A DNA stretch of 64,000 bases from Longimicrobiales bacterium (GTDB taxonomy: Bacteria; Gemmatimonadota; Gemmatimonadetes; Longimicrobiales; Gaopeijiaceae): positions 96,001 through 160,000 of the forward strand of contig CBDCNQ010000001.1 of the NCBI GenBank assembly GCA_965219445.1, written 5' to 3'. Position 1 is the stretch's first letter. Each line of letters begins with the position of its first letter. The notes under the pieces were generated by a model. The model had not been told where the DNA came from, did not search any database, and saw only the letters and a program-made list of their open reading frames with translations. Both the position numbers and the translations under genes were made by a program. Below, in pieces: positions 10,664 to 21,077 of this stretch.

Positions 10664-11667
10664 AGGCGACCCAGGAGCTAGCCAAGCACGTAGGGGTGAA
10701 GCCCGCGTGCGATGCGCTCAGGGTGCCGCGAGCCACGTTCTACCGTCGTCGGAGTGCATCGACCGGGCATCAGCAGCCCCGCCCGACCCCCGCCCGGGCC
10801 TTAAGTGAGAGGGAGCGGGACAAGATTTTCGACACCCTGTGTTCGGAGCGGTTCGTGGACCGGTCCCCAGCCGAGGTGGTGGCGACGCTGCTCGACGAGG
10901 ACGTCTACCTGTGCAGCGAGCGTACGATGTATCGCGTTCTGGCTTCCCAGGTGCCGGTTCAGGAGCGTCGAGCGCAGCGGAGTCATCCCAAATACCAGAA
11001 GCCCGAGTTGATGGCGAGGGGCCCGAACCAGGTCTGGTCCTGGGATATCACCCGGCTGCTGGGGCCGAAGAAGTGGAGTTACTTCTACCTCTACGTGATC
11101 CTGGACATCTTCAGCCGCTACGTCGTGGGATGGATGGTGGCGGATCGGGAGAACTCTGCCCTGGCCAGCCGGCTGATCCAGCAGAGTTGCTTGAAGCATG
11201 GCGTCCAGCCCCACCTCCTGACCCTGCATTCCGATCGAGGGGCTCCGATGACGAGCCAATGCACGGCTCAACTACTCGCCGATCTCGGCGTGACCCGCTC
11301 GTTGGGCCGACCCCAGGTCTCGGATGACAATCCGTTCTCCGAGGCTCAGTTCAAGACCTTGAAGTACCATCCCTCGTTTCCCGGCCGGTTCGGGGATCAG
11401 GGGCAAGCCAAGACCTTCTGTCGCTCGTTCTTCCGTTGGTATAATGCCGAGCACCGCCATGGCGGCATCTCGATGCTGACCCCCGAACAGGTCCACTTCG
11501 GTCACGCCGATCGGATCATCGCCTGCAGGAAGGCCGTGCTCCGTGAGGCATGGGCCGCTCATCCCGAGCGCTTCGTCTCCGGTGAGCCGAAGCCTAAACC
11601 ACTCCCGGAGGCCGTCTGGATCAATCCTCCCACCCCATCCCTCACGACACAGGAGATTGCTCTCTAA
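10660..11667 (+). CDS. IS3 OrfB DDE transposase (rve core)
   Basis: PNQVWSWDIT, DIFSRYVVGW, LHSDRG, DNPFSEAQFKTLKY. Confidence 0.95.
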   Translation: MKATQELAKHVGVKPACDALRVPRATFYRRRSASTGHQQPRPTPARALSERERDKIFDTLCSERFVDRSPAEVVATLLDEDVYLCSERTMYRVLASQVPVQERRAQRSHPKYQKPELMARGPNQVWSWDITRLLGPKKWSYFYLYVILDIFSRYVVGWMVADRENSALASRLIQQSCLKHGVQPHLLTLHSDRGAPMTSQCTAQLLADLGVTRSLGRPQVSDDNPFSEAQFKTLKYHPSFPGRFGDQGQAKTFCRSFFRWYNAEHRHGGISMLTPEQVHFGHADRIIACRKAVLREAWAAHPERFVSGEPKPKPLPEAVWINPPTPSLTTQEIAL

Positions 11668-12440
11668 TTGATTTCCAAGAGTGTCTCACTGGCGTTGACA
11701 GGTTCCGGGCCCGAGTCGCTTTCTTGGGTTTGCTCGCGAACGTCTTCTACCAACTTCTATTCATTTACGGCGTCGACCGGACCCTCGCCGGTAACGCTGG
11801 ACTGGTGCTCGCCACGACGCCGGTGTGGACGTTGATTCTCGCGTCCATATCGGGCTCAGAGCACCACGGCCTTCCGGTCTGGGGTGGAGTACTGGCCACA
11901 CTGGGGGGGATGGTGCTGGTGGTTCTCGGCGGGGACGGCGGGGTGGGGTTGGGTGAGGGCCTGTTGATGGGTGATCTACTGCTCGTGCTGGCCGCCATCA
12001 CATGGGCCGCCTACACGGTCGGGACACAGGATCTCACTCGAGAGTACGGAGCCCTGGCCGTAACCTCGTGGACACTTTGGGTCGGCACGATCGGCCTGAT
12101 CGCACTTGGAGGCACCTCCCTCTGGTCGACGGAGTGGGGTGTTATCTCGCGGGTCGGCTGGTTGGGCGTCGTCTATTCGGGGGTTCTGGCGATCGCGGTC
12201 GCCTATCTAACCTGGAACCACGGCCTCGAGCACATCGGTGGACCGCGAACCGCCGCGTTCTCGAACCTGGTCCCGGTCTTTGCACTGATCGCCGCCGCCC
12301 TCTGGCTCGGCGAGGATCCCCGACCCACACAGATCGTGGGGGCGATCATCATCATCGCCGGCGTGTGGGTGGCCCGCGTGGCCGGGGGGAAGGACGTGGA
12401 GCCGAGCTACTGAAGGGGCGTGTCGAAGAAGTGGGGAGCC

Positions 12441-13289
12441 CTAACCCGTGGAACCTGATTCGAGCCTGGGGTGATGACGGAGCTCCGGAAATTCGTATAC
12501 AATGATCCCCTCATTCGTGACCTCCGACCGGACGCGCAGACCATCGTCCATGTCGTCCAACACACCCTCGGCAGCGGAGAGCGACAGGTTCAGCGAGGCG
12601 GCGACCTCCGTCACGGTCAACGTTCCAGCCTTCTCGGTGGCGAGAAGGAGCACCCGCCGTTGAAGCTGGGTCATGAGCGCATGCCGCCTGTTCTCACGCG
12701 CCTTGAGCCCCCACCAAACCGTTGCCGTTCCCGCGGCGCCCATCAGACTCCCGACTGCGATTGGCTCAAAAGCGAACTCGATCACCCCGATCGAGATCAG
12801 GAAGGCCGCCAGAAGGACCATTCCCACACCCAGTGCCCGGCGCCCCACTCCCCGTCTCGGGAGGCTTTCCTCGGCTCTGACAGCGGTGCCGGGGCTGAGC
12901 GCATCTGTTCCGACTGTCTCGGCAAAGGCTGGGTGGCCGGCAAACCCCGGCCCCGGGATCCGGGCGTTCTCCCACCCCAAGCCACACTGCGCACAGATTC
13001 GACGGTTACGTCGAGCGAAATAATACGCCAAGCCGCCGAGCCCATAGGTGAATACTGAGAGTCCGATGAGGAGACCCATGTGACCGGGCCGCTGAAAGTA
13101 CCTTACACCGGTCCCTACGTGGCCGCATCGCGGGCAACTTCGGACGTCGACGCTCATTGGCCTCATGACCGGCTGTGAGGAAGCCACCGGCTCCGCGGAA
13201 GCCACCGGGTGTGAGGAAGCCACCGCCCCACACGTGGGACAGGTGCTTTCGTGCTCCTTCAAATACTCACCGCAGGTGGTGCAGCGCAT
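12441..13289 (-). CDS. Zinc-ribbon membrane protein with C-terminal winged-helix-like segment
   Basis: CTTC/CPTC and CPRC/CAQC pairs, hydrophobic helices, GTLTVTEVAASLNLS; start taken at MRCTTCG. Confidence 0.7.
   Translation of the reverse strand: MRCTTCGEYLKEHESTCPTCGAVASSHPVASAEPVASSQPVMRPMSVDVRSCPRCGHVGTGVRYFQRPGHMGLLIGLSVFTYGLGGLAYYFARRNRRICAQCGLGWENARIPGPGFAGHPAFAETVGTDALSPGTAVRAEESLPRRGVGRRALGVGMVLLAAFLISIGVIEFAFEPIAVGSLMGAAGTATVWWGLKARENRRHALMTQLQRRVLLLATEKAGTLTVTEVAASLNLSLSAAEGVLDDMDDGLRVRSEVTNEGIIVYEFPELRHHPRLESGSTG
13171..13225. repeat. 3 x 18-bp in-frame tandem repeat
   Basis: GGAAGCCACCG recurs with an 18-bp period, encoding VASSHP-VASAEP-VASSQP. Confidence 0.75.
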
Positions 13290-13396
13290 TGGCCCTCGAC
13301 GAATGAGTCTTCCCCGGAGGTAGACACTCCATACTACGCGTTCGTTCCGGAGAAGATTCACCTCTCCACGCCGCCCAGAACCCGTGCGTACCCACG

Positions 13397-15583
13397 TTAG
13401 AACAACCGGACCAACATCAATCGCAACGCACTATTACTGGACGCCGGGCCTCCGTTGAGGCCGGACGGACTGACCGCCACACCACCCTCCCCCGTCCCGA
13501 TCAGGAAATACGCTCCGGAGGCAGACCAAAGGCGCCCTTGGTCCGAGAAATCACCCGAATCATGCACCGTGGGTGTCGATGGGAACCCACCTCCACCCAG
13601 CTCGAGAGCCTCTATCAGGTCGAATCCAAGGAAGAGGAGCTCGTTACGGAGCGGCAAGGGCCCTCGCAGTGAGACCTGCCGCTCCAACTCGAGCGCGGCG
13701 CTCCAATCGGAAAACAGATCCGCCCACTCACGGCCCGTAACTGACTCGACATTGACCGTTCCGGTCTCGGTAGCACCGGTCAGCAGACGCAGCACGGTGT
13801 CGTTCCCGGCCTGGCCCCTTAGATATTCGAGGAAGAGCCAAGCGGCCCCACGTTCCGCCAGGCTACCCTGCCCCACGGCGATAAGGAGACTTACGTCCGA
13901 CGGCTCACTGAGAAACAAACTGGCTCGGTTTCGGTTTCCTCTCTGGTATTCGTCCGCCTCAGCCACCCTCCCACGCCCTCGAAGCTCCTCTCCCACAAGG
14001 TCCTCAGCCATGTGGGCCAGTCCCTCCGAGAGCCAAACGGCCTCCCTGGTCGAAGCCTCCCGCTCGATGATCCTCTCGTTATGATGGATCATGTGCTGAA
14101 ATTCATGAGCAAGAACGGGAGGCACCGTGCTTCGCACTTGATCGACATCCCGTACGTTCCCGTATACGCCGGTTGGATCGGGGACGAGAACGTAGAAGAC
14201 CTCTCCGGCATTGCTGTGCTCAAACTCCGGCTGGAGATCCAGGCCGAAGAAGAACCCTCCGATGAAATCGTTCGAACCTGGCGGGGACAACCGATTCACG
14301 CTCGGTGTGAAGACGATGATGACACGATCGTTCCCATCCAAATCCGACGGAAATCCAAAGGCCCCTGTGTCTACCGGGTAGATGGGATCGTCGAAGAGGT
14401 CGGCGAAGAGTTCGACATCCGCCTGGGCGAGATTGGTCACCACCGTGGTGTCCTCATAAAGGATGGCTCTCTCGGAAACGACGCGCACCCTGGCGGTGAC
14501 CTGGTCGAATCCGCCATCGGCTCGTACAACCTCGAACTCTCTGATGTCGCCAATGCCTGGGACCTCTCCGGGAGGGGTTCGAGCCGCCCTCCTTCCCGTG
14601 GGACCGGCGCCACGGAGAACGTCCTCCCTTTCCCGTAGAAAAAGGTCCCATTCCGACTGCGCCGCGTTAAGCGACACCGGATGCTCAGCAGTACGCCCCG
14701 GAGGAGCACGATCCGACCTAAACGCAACCGGAGCGGTAACTTCGGGCCGAAGCCCGGTGAGCGTGTAGGCGAACCGAGCCGCCCCGATGGTAGCCGCGGA
14801 CTGGACCACGGCCAGATACTCCTGTGGGTCGCCCGAGCCCACCTTCAAGCAGGTCGGCGTGTCCTGCACCAAGAGCACAGTGTCGGCCCCGAGTGCCAGG
14901 TTCAGGGCGTCAGCCGACGCTGTGACGCTCAGGGGGAGAGACGAGCTGGCTTCTCCACCAAGCTGCACGGACACGTCCACCGGACGGGTGGGGAGGCAAG
15001 GAGGCACGATGACGTTGAGCCGTACGATGTCTGCAGTGACCACCTGGCCAGCAATCCCTGAGAAGAGAACGACGTTGTGATCGGCAATCGTACTGAAGTT
15101 CGTGCCAGTGAGTGTGATAAAGTCACCAGCGTTCACGGCACTGGAAGAAAGCGCCCCCAGGGTGGGGGGGAGCACCGCCCAGGCCTCGAAGTCCACAGAT
15201 TCCTCGGGGCGCGATCGAAGGAAGGCCCGGATGACATACCTCCCCAGCTCGCTCCCGAGCCGAAGTCGCACCCGGGGCAACCCGGCAGAGTCGCTAGCGC
15301 TCGTCAGAGGCGTGAGCTGCGCACTCGCGGGCCCCGCGGCGATCTCCCAGTCTACCAAAACCCCGCCGGCCGAAAGGTCTCCGTCCTCGGTTCGGACGGC
15401 CACGGTCAGCGAGTCGATCAGAAACTGTGAGGGCGGGCCGAACTGACCATCCCCTGTCACCACTGTCAGCGTGACATCCTGCGTGGCCAGGTCCGCAGGT
15501 CCGAACCTGAGGCAGGTCGTCTGAGTAAGGGCAACGTAAACGGCGAGCCCTGAGAGGACTCGCCGCCGGAGCCGCGAGGTCAC
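13397..15583 (-). CDS. Exported (possibly lipo-) protein: Ig-like/IPT-TIG domains plus zincin metallopeptidase
   Basis: N-terminal signal with Cys; GDFITLTGTNF (IPT); AHEFQHMIH...WLSEGLA. Confidence 0.8.
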   Translation of the reverse strand: MTSRLRRRVLSGLAVYVALTQTTCLRFGPADLATQDVTLTVVTGDGQFGPPSQFLIDSLTVAVRTEDGDLSAGGVLVDWEIAAGPASAQLTPLTSASDSAGLPRVRLRLGSELGRYVIRAFLRSRPEESVDFEAWAVLPPTLGALSSSAVNAGDFITLTGTNFSTIADHNVVLFSGIAGQVVTADIVRLNVIVPPCLPTRPVDVSVQLGGEASSSLPLSVTASADALNLALGADTVLLVQDTPTCLKVGSGDPQEYLAVVQSAATIGAARFAYTLTGLRPEVTAPVAFRSDRAPPGRTAEHPVSLNAAQSEWDLFLREREDVLRGAGPTGRRAARTPPGEVPGIGDIREFEVVRADGGFDQVTARVRVVSERAILYEDTTVVTNLAQADVELFADLFDDPIYPVDTGAFGFPSDLDGNDRVIIVFTPSVNRLSPPGSNDFIGGFFFGLDLQPEFEHSNAGEVFYVLVPDPTGVYGNVRDVDQVRSTVPPVLAHEFQHMIHHNERIIEREASTREAVWLSEGLAHMAEDLVGEELRGRGRVAEADEYQRGNRNRASLFLSEPSDVSLLIAVGQGSLAERGAAWLFLEYLRGQAGNDTVLRLLTGATETGTVNVESVTGREWADLFSDWSAALELERQVSLRGPLPLRNELLFLGFDLIEALELGGGGFPSTPTVHDSGDFSDQGRLWSASGAYFLIGTGEGGVAVSPSGLNGGPASSNSALRLMLVRLF

Positions 15584-16602
15584 TCGGGGATTCTATCGAG
15601 GGATAGCAATTCAAGAATCGGACTGCCCGTCAGCCGCGCGGACCCGGTCCGTACACGCCCGACGACCCGAATTCGCTCCAACGGGCTCAGGCCCTGAGCC
15701 TCCCCAAGCCGCTCCGGGGGCACGGCTACATAGACGAATCCCTGGTCGCCGTCCCCCATTCTGGTCAGAAGAAACGGCTCAGTTACGAAAAAGTCCGTCC
15801 GGATCTCCTCAGCCCGTTCCAGTGAAATGAACTGGAGGTCCCACTGGAGTACCTCGCCACGGAAATCGTCCGGTGCGGCCGCCACGCTTTCGAGCGTCAC
15901 ATCGGTGCGGATGGACGCCTCGACCCCCCCGTCTGAGCCCTGCGGGAGCCATATCCACCCCTCCAAGCGAACCCGGGCCCAGTTCCCTTCTCTCGCCAGG
16001 ACTCGGAGGTTCGTGCTCGAACCCGAAACAGCCAGTGTGTCTCCGTCAGGTGCGCTGAGAATCGGAGAATCACCCGACCCGCCCAAAGCCCATTCCTCGC
16101 CATCCACCACGGTGGAAGGCACGGTAAGGCGGGACCGTTCCACGGCACCACCAGATGGATCTGAGCTGAACAAAACCACTGATCCTCGCCACACCCAAAC
16201 CCGTCGACGAACGTGAACCCAGTCGGGGACGCGCTCGAGGCTTTCGAGAAGAGCTCCCTGCTCGAGGCGACCCAGGATCTCTCCACCGGGCGTACCACGG
16301 ATGTTCTCGCCACCGTCAACCGAAACGACCAGGTCGAAGCTCCCTCGGTCGACCGCCTGAAGCGATCGAGCCCAGACCCATCCCTCGAGATCGAACCGGA
16401 GCCAATCATCCGTCGCCTCGAGCACTTCCAGACTCATACCGGCCCGAAGCTGCCCCAGTAGTCTCCCATTCTGCTCCGCGCGGAAGTTTTCCTCTGTGGT
16501 CAACGTCGCGGACTGGCCCGCGGCGTACTCGGCGATCGCCAGTAGGGGCCAGAGAATGTAAAGGACCAAAGGAATCCGCAGATGCCGCGCACAGGCAATC
16601 AT
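15580..16602 (-). CDS. Exported SH3-like repeat protein
   Basis: Signal peptide; three repeats ending EGWVW, RVWVW and EGWIW; start chosen at ATG 16602. Confidence 0.7.
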   Translation of the reverse strand: MIACARHLRIPLVLYILWPLLAIAEYAAGQSATLTTEENFRAEQNGRLLGQLRAGMSLEVLEATDDWLRFDLEGWVWARSLQAVDRGSFDLVVSVDGGENIRGTPGGEILGRLEQGALLESLERVPDWVHVRRRVWVWRGSVVLFSSDPSGGAVERSRLTVPSTVVDGEEWALGGSGDSPILSAPDGDTLAVSGSSTNLRVLAREGNWARVRLEGWIWLPQGSDGGVEASIRTDVTLESVAAAPDDFRGEVLQWDLQFISLERAEEIRTDFFVTEPFLLTRMGDGDQGFVYVAVPPERLGEAQGLSPLERIRVVGRVRTGSARLTGSPILELLSLDRIPE

Positions 16603-16739
16603 TTGACTGAAACGATCCTCGCCAGACGGTGTTGAAAGGACGACCTTGGCGGCCTTTAGGGTACGCAGCCACTCGCTGACGAATGTGTTCAGGCAAGTGC
16701 TGGTCGTCAATTCCCACAACCGGATTGTTCAGGCGCTCC

Positions 16740-17441
16740 ATGCCCTACCCGAAACTCGTTGCCCCATCGATTTTGCTTCTCATCGCGGTATCCCACACCA
16801 CCGCCGCCGGTCAGACCATCCCCTCCCCCTACACGTTTGTCGAACACGGACAAGCGTATGCGATATTTGGAGGCAAGAGCGACCTCAATCCCGGCCAACT
16901 CGGGCTAGGTCCACGGGACGCCACCACGTTCGGTGTGCGCTTCGCCGTGGCTTTCGGCGGCGCGTTGAATCTCGATGCCGATGCAATGTCGTTCATGTCG
17001 ACCCGGGAGGTCCTCGACGTGTCGCGACCGGAGGATGACCGCTCCATCGGCAGGACCGACTTCAATGTGTTCCTCATCAACCTTGGGCTCCGCCTCAACC
17101 TGACGGGTCAGCGAGCGTGGCATGGGCTCCAGCCCTTCGTCCTGTTCGGCGGAGGGCTGGGCTTCACCGTAGGCGCTTTCCATGATCTGGAACTCACCAC
17201 CGACATGCCCACGGACGAGTGGTACGAGTTCGGCAACCGTTTCACCGGCACGTTTGGCGCAGGGACGAGTTTCCACATTTCCGATAAGATCTCTCTCCGT
17301 CTGGACGGTGTGATGAACCTGTGGAAGATCGAAACACCAGTGGGCTGGCTCACGGTGGACAACAACCCTCTCAGTGAAAACCCCGAGAGCGAGTGGGTTT
17401 CCGCAAAAACAATCAGGCTCGGGGCCGCCTGGCGACGTTGA
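16740..17441 (+). CDS. Outer-membrane beta-barrel protein
   Basis: Signal peptide, amphipathic strands, LQPFVLFGGGLG, terminal LGAAWRR. Confidence 0.7.
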   Translation: MPYPKLVAPSILLLIAVSHTTAAGQTIPSPYTFVEHGQAYAIFGGKSDLNPGQLGLGPRDATTFGVRFAVAFGGALNLDADAMSFMSTREVLDVSRPEDDRSIGRTDFNVFLINLGLRLNLTGQRAWHGLQPFVLFGGGLGFTVGAFHDLELTTDMPTDEWYEFGNRFTGTFGAGTSFHISDKISLRLDGVMNLWKIETPVGWLTVDNNPLSENPESEWVSAKTIRLGAAWRR

Positions 17442-17446
17442 GACGA

Positions 17447-18763
17447 ATGCCGAGTTTCGGGTCCAGAACCGGGGATTGGCTGCCATGCGAGGAGGCGCTC
17501 GAACGTGTTCTCAGCCGCTCCTATCCCCTCCCCTCCGAGGTCGTACCCCTCGAGGAGACGCTGGGTCGCGCGCTGACACAAGACGTCCTGGCGCCCTCGC
17601 AACTTCCTCCCTGGGACAACAGCGCCATGGACGGATACGCCGTTCGAGGCGACGACGTGGCCGGAGCCACGAAGGAACACCCGGCTGTCCTGACGGTCAC
17701 CGGCGTGGTCCACGCCGGAACCCGCTTCGAGGGCACTGTCGGCCCTGCCGAAGCCGTAAGAATCATGACAGGGGGGGAGGTCCCGGACGGTGCCGACACG
17801 GTGATTCGGGTCGAGGACACCGATCGAGAAGATAACGACACCGGAAACCTTCAGATCCACTCCGACCGGGATCGAGGTCGCCATGTTCGACCGGCAGGGC
17901 AGGATTGGCCCGAGGGCGCCATCGCCCTGGAGTCCGGGACTGGACTCGGTCCCGGGCAGATCGCCGTGTTGGCTGCGGCCCGCGTATCGATGGTCTCGGT
18001 CCGCCGTCGACCCAGGGTCGCCATCCTGGCGAGCGGAAATGAACTCGTCGACCTCCATAGCCCGTCCCTCGATCCCCACGGAATCCCAGAAAGCAATAGT
18101 CACTATGTGTCCGCCGCCGTTCACGCGGCCGGTGGGACGCCCGTGCGCCTGGGCATCGCGAGGGACGACCGGGAAGACATTCAGCAACACGTCGCCGGAG
18201 CGGCAAACGCCGACGTGCTCGTGACTCTGGGTGGGGCCTCCATGGGGGAGCACGACCTCTTCAAGACCGTCCTCGAAGACCTCGGCCTGGAGTTGGACTT
18301 CTGGCGAGTGAGGATCCGGCCGGGAAGCCCCGTGAGCTTCGGGGTTTTGCCTGTAGCGGATGGTGGCGCACAGGCGGTTTTCGGACTCCCGGGTAACCCG
18401 GCGTCCACGTTCGTGACCTTCGAGCTCTTTGTCCGGCCCTTCCTGCTGGCGCTAGGGGGCCACGCTCGGGTCGGCCGACCGACAGTCTCGGCGCTGGCGA
18501 CAGAAGATCTCACAACGGCGGAGGCCCTCTCCGGATTTCTGCGGGTGCGCCTTAGCGGCTCGGGTGCCGAACTCGAGGCCTCGCTTACCGGTCCTCAGGG
18601 CTCCGGGCTCGTTGGGAGTCTTGGTGCGGCGGACGGGCTGGCGATGATCCCGGCGGGAGTGATGGTGATCCCCCGTGGAGCGCCGGTCGATGTGATGCTC
18701 CTCGACGACGCTCGCGGCTTCTCTTTCACACCCCCGGCCACAAGCGGACAGACTGCGGAATGA
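17447..18763 (+). CDS. moeA: Molybdopterin molybdotransferase
   Basis: PPWDNSAMDGYA, IMTGG, SGNEL, GGASMG, FGLPGNP. Confidence 0.95.
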   Translation: MPSFGSRTGDWLPCEEALERVLSRSYPLPSEVVPLEETLGRALTQDVLAPSQLPPWDNSAMDGYAVRGDDVAGATKEHPAVLTVTGVVHAGTRFEGTVGPAEAVRIMTGGEVPDGADTVIRVEDTDREDNDTGNLQIHSDRDRGRHVRPAGQDWPEGAIALESGTGLGPGQIAVLAAARVSMVSVRRRPRVAILASGNELVDLHSPSLDPHGIPESNSHYVSAAVHAAGGTPVRLGIARDDREDIQQHVAGAANADVLVTLGGASMGEHDLFKTVLEDLGLELDFWRVRIRPGSPVSFGVLPVADGGAQAVFGLPGNPASTFVTFELFVRPFLLALGGHARVGRPTVSALATEDLTTAEALSGFLRVRLSGSGAELEASLTGPQGSGLVGSLGAADGLAMIPAGVMVIPRGAPVDVMLLDDARGFSFTPPATSGQTAE

Positions 18764-19212
18764 TCCGGCCCTCCGGACGAATGCTCGCAGCGATGACGGT
18801 GCTCGGAATGATTGGATGCGGGCTTCCCCGTTGGCCGGTCGAGGCGCCCCTCATCACGCCATTCGGAGTCCGATGGGAGTCCGGCGGCCCGACCATCCAT
18901 AGGGGCGTCGATATCGTCGCGCCCACCGGCACGCCCGTGTACGCCATGTCGAGGGGAGAGGTGCGCTTCGCCGGCACGATGACCGACTTCGGACTCGTGG
19001 TCTGGATCGATCACGGAGACGAGATTCTCTCGATCTACGCGCACCTATCCGAGATTCTGGTGGTCGAGGGCGAAGCCGTCACGAGGGATGAGCCCGTGGG
19101 GTTGAGCGGTCAGTCGGGAAATGCGACGGGACCGCATCTGCATTTCGAGATCCGGGGTCGCGGCCATCAGGTGGACCCTGTCGTAATGCTTGGGGGCCCT
19201 TCTGGGTCGTGA
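18760..19212 (+). CDS. M23 family metallopeptidase lipoprotein
   Basis: HRGVD, YAHL, TGPHLHFE; lipobox-like MIGC. Confidence 0.9.
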   Translation: MIRPSGRMLAAMTVLGMIGCGLPRWPVEAPLITPFGVRWESGGPTIHRGVDIVAPTGTPVYAMSRGEVRFAGTMTDFGLVVWIDHGDEILSIYAHLSEILVVEGEAVTRDEPVGLSGQSGNATGPHLHFEIRGRGHQVDPVVMLGGPSGS

Positions 19213-19259
19213 CGATCGGAGGGCACTCGGGCCTACGGCTACTCCTTCGACAGCCGTCT

Positions 19260-20244
19260 CTACCCCTCGGTGCGTAGGGCCGCGATCTCCACGGTGAGCC
19301 GGGGGAGGATCTCGAACACGTCACCCACGATACCGTAATCTGCCATCGCAAAGATGGGTGCGTCGGGATCCTTGTTTATGGCGACGATAGTTTGAGAAGT
19401 TCTCATTCCGGCGAGGTGCTGGATGGCCCCCGAAATGCCAACCGCGAAGTAGAGTCTCGGAGCGACGGTCTTGCCCGTCTGACCCACCTGTTCGGCGTGA
19501 GGCCGCCATCCCGCGTCTACGACGGCCCTGGAGGCGCCCAACGCGGCTCCGGGGCCGAGTGCGTCTCTCAGATCCTCGAGGAGACTCCAATGCCGCTCCC
19601 TTCATGCCCCGTCCACCCGAAACGATCACGCTCGCCTCCGAAACGTCGAGAGGCCCGCTCTGCGCGGCCTGAAGGTCGACAATCCGCGTCCGCATACTGC
19701 CAGGAATGGCCGCGGTGAAGAGCTCGGTCCTTCCGGCGGCCTGAGATCCGTTCGTATTGAAGGCGTTCGGCCTCAAGGAAAGGACGGCCGGAGATGCCTC
19801 GAATCCGACCCGAGTTATCGCCTTCCCACCATAGATGGGCCGTATTCCAATGAGCCTACCACCGTCCGTCTCCAGATGGGTCACATCGGAGGCGAGGGGG
19901 GCATCGACCAGAGCCGCCACGCGGGGAGCGAGGTCCTTTCCGAGCGCCGTCGCAGCAAAGAGAACCGCGGCGTACCGGTGTGAACTGACTACCTCCGCGA
20001 TCACATCCGCATGAGTCTCGGGCGAACAGCCCTCCAGAGCAGGGTCCTCAACAACGCGCACGACCTCCGCTCCGAAGTGCCCCAAGTCACCTGCATGTTC
20101 TCCAATCCCGGCTCCACCGAGGAGCAGGGCGTGGGCCATGCCGCCCAGCCCTTCGGCGACCGTTGCGGCCACCGTGACCACCTCGTTTGCCACGGGACGG
20201 ATTTTTCCACCTCTCTGCTCCGCAACCGCGAGCACATCGCCCAT
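19260..20244 (-). pseudogene. etfA: ETF alpha subunit, frameshifted near 19590
   Basis: The N-part ends [12 protein letters not shown]; the C-part (HWSLLEDL...[26 protein letters not shown]) is in another frame. Confidence 0.88.
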
Positions 20245-20627
20245 GTCATCCCTCCAGTCGCTAGAGGACGTTCGCCTCTTCGCGAAGCAGCCGAACCAAC
20301 TCGGGCACCGATTCAGCACCCTCTCCGAGGATTCGTCCTTCCGCCCGCTCCGGCGGATAATCGAGCCGCTCGATCGTGAGTCGGGCGTCAGGAAGATCGA
20401 CGTCCTTCATTTCGAGCGCTTTCTTCTTCGCGGCCATGATTCCCTTGAGCGACGGGTACCGTAACTCGAACGCTCCCTTCGTAAGGGTCACAACCGCCGG
20501 AAGGTCCAGTTCCACCACCTCCGTACCCCCCTCCACGGCGCGGTCACACCTTAGCCCTCTCTGCCAACTTACGTGAGACACGGAGCAGCTAAGGAATTAG
20601 AGTAGGGCGAAGGCAGAGAAACCGAGG

Positions 20628-21077
20628 ATGCTGAGACACCGAGAGAGAATGAAAGAGAATGGAATAGCCCCACCAACCTGGGACGGTAAGCGAAGCGCGG
20701 CAGCTCCTGCGGACTCGGAGGTGGTAGATAGGCCGCTGCGCCGGCGGTTCGCTCCGTCGTACAAGCTGCGGATCGTCGAAGAAGCGGACCGGTGCACGGA
20801 GCCCGGAGAGGTTGGCCGACTCCTACGGCGGGAGGGCTTGTACTCGTCGCACCTGACGACATGGCGCAAGGCGGCGCATAGCGGGTCCCTGAAAGCGCTG
20901 TCGAAGAAACGAGGCCGTAAGCGCGAGCGCAATCCGCTGGAGGAGAAGGTGCGCAAGCTGGAGCGCGAGAACACTCGCCTCGAGAAGGAGCTCCAGAAGG
21001 CGCACTTGATCATCGACGTCCAGGGAAAAGTTGCAGGGCTGCTGGGATTGAGCCTCGAGGACGGGACGAACTCATGA
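20628..21077 (+). CDS. IS3 OrfA
   Basis: Translation identical to 10214..10663. Confidence 0.9.
   Translation: MLRHRERMKENGIAPPTWDGKRSAAAPADSEVVDRPLRRRFAPSYKLRIVEEADRCTEPGEVGRLLRREGLYSSHLTTWRKAAHSGSLKALSKKRGRKRERNPLEEKVRKLERENTRLEKELQKAHLIIDVQGKVAGLLGLSLEDGTNS

Larger units (their letters stand above)
10144..11706 (+). mobile_element. IS3-family insertion sequence, copy 1
   Basis: Imperfect IRs TGCCAACTTACGTGAGACAC (10148) and GTGTCTCACTGGCGTTGACA (ends 11700); orfA and orfB; flanked by GGGCCC direct repeats. Confidence 0.95.
9870..12413 (+). pseudogene. EamA/DMT-family transporter interrupted by IS3 copy 1
   Basis: The 5' part (LIWGVNFSVIK) and 3' part (GLLANVFYQ...) rejoin in frame as RRHWARVAFLG when the IS and one GGGCCC are removed; RBS GAGGAG at 9861. 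Confidence 0.92.

Noticed and set aside
11695..11725. Outward-facing TTGACA at the IS right end forming a hybrid promoter for the EamA 3' half
   Set aside because: No -10-like hexamer at 16-18 bp (GCTTTC region).
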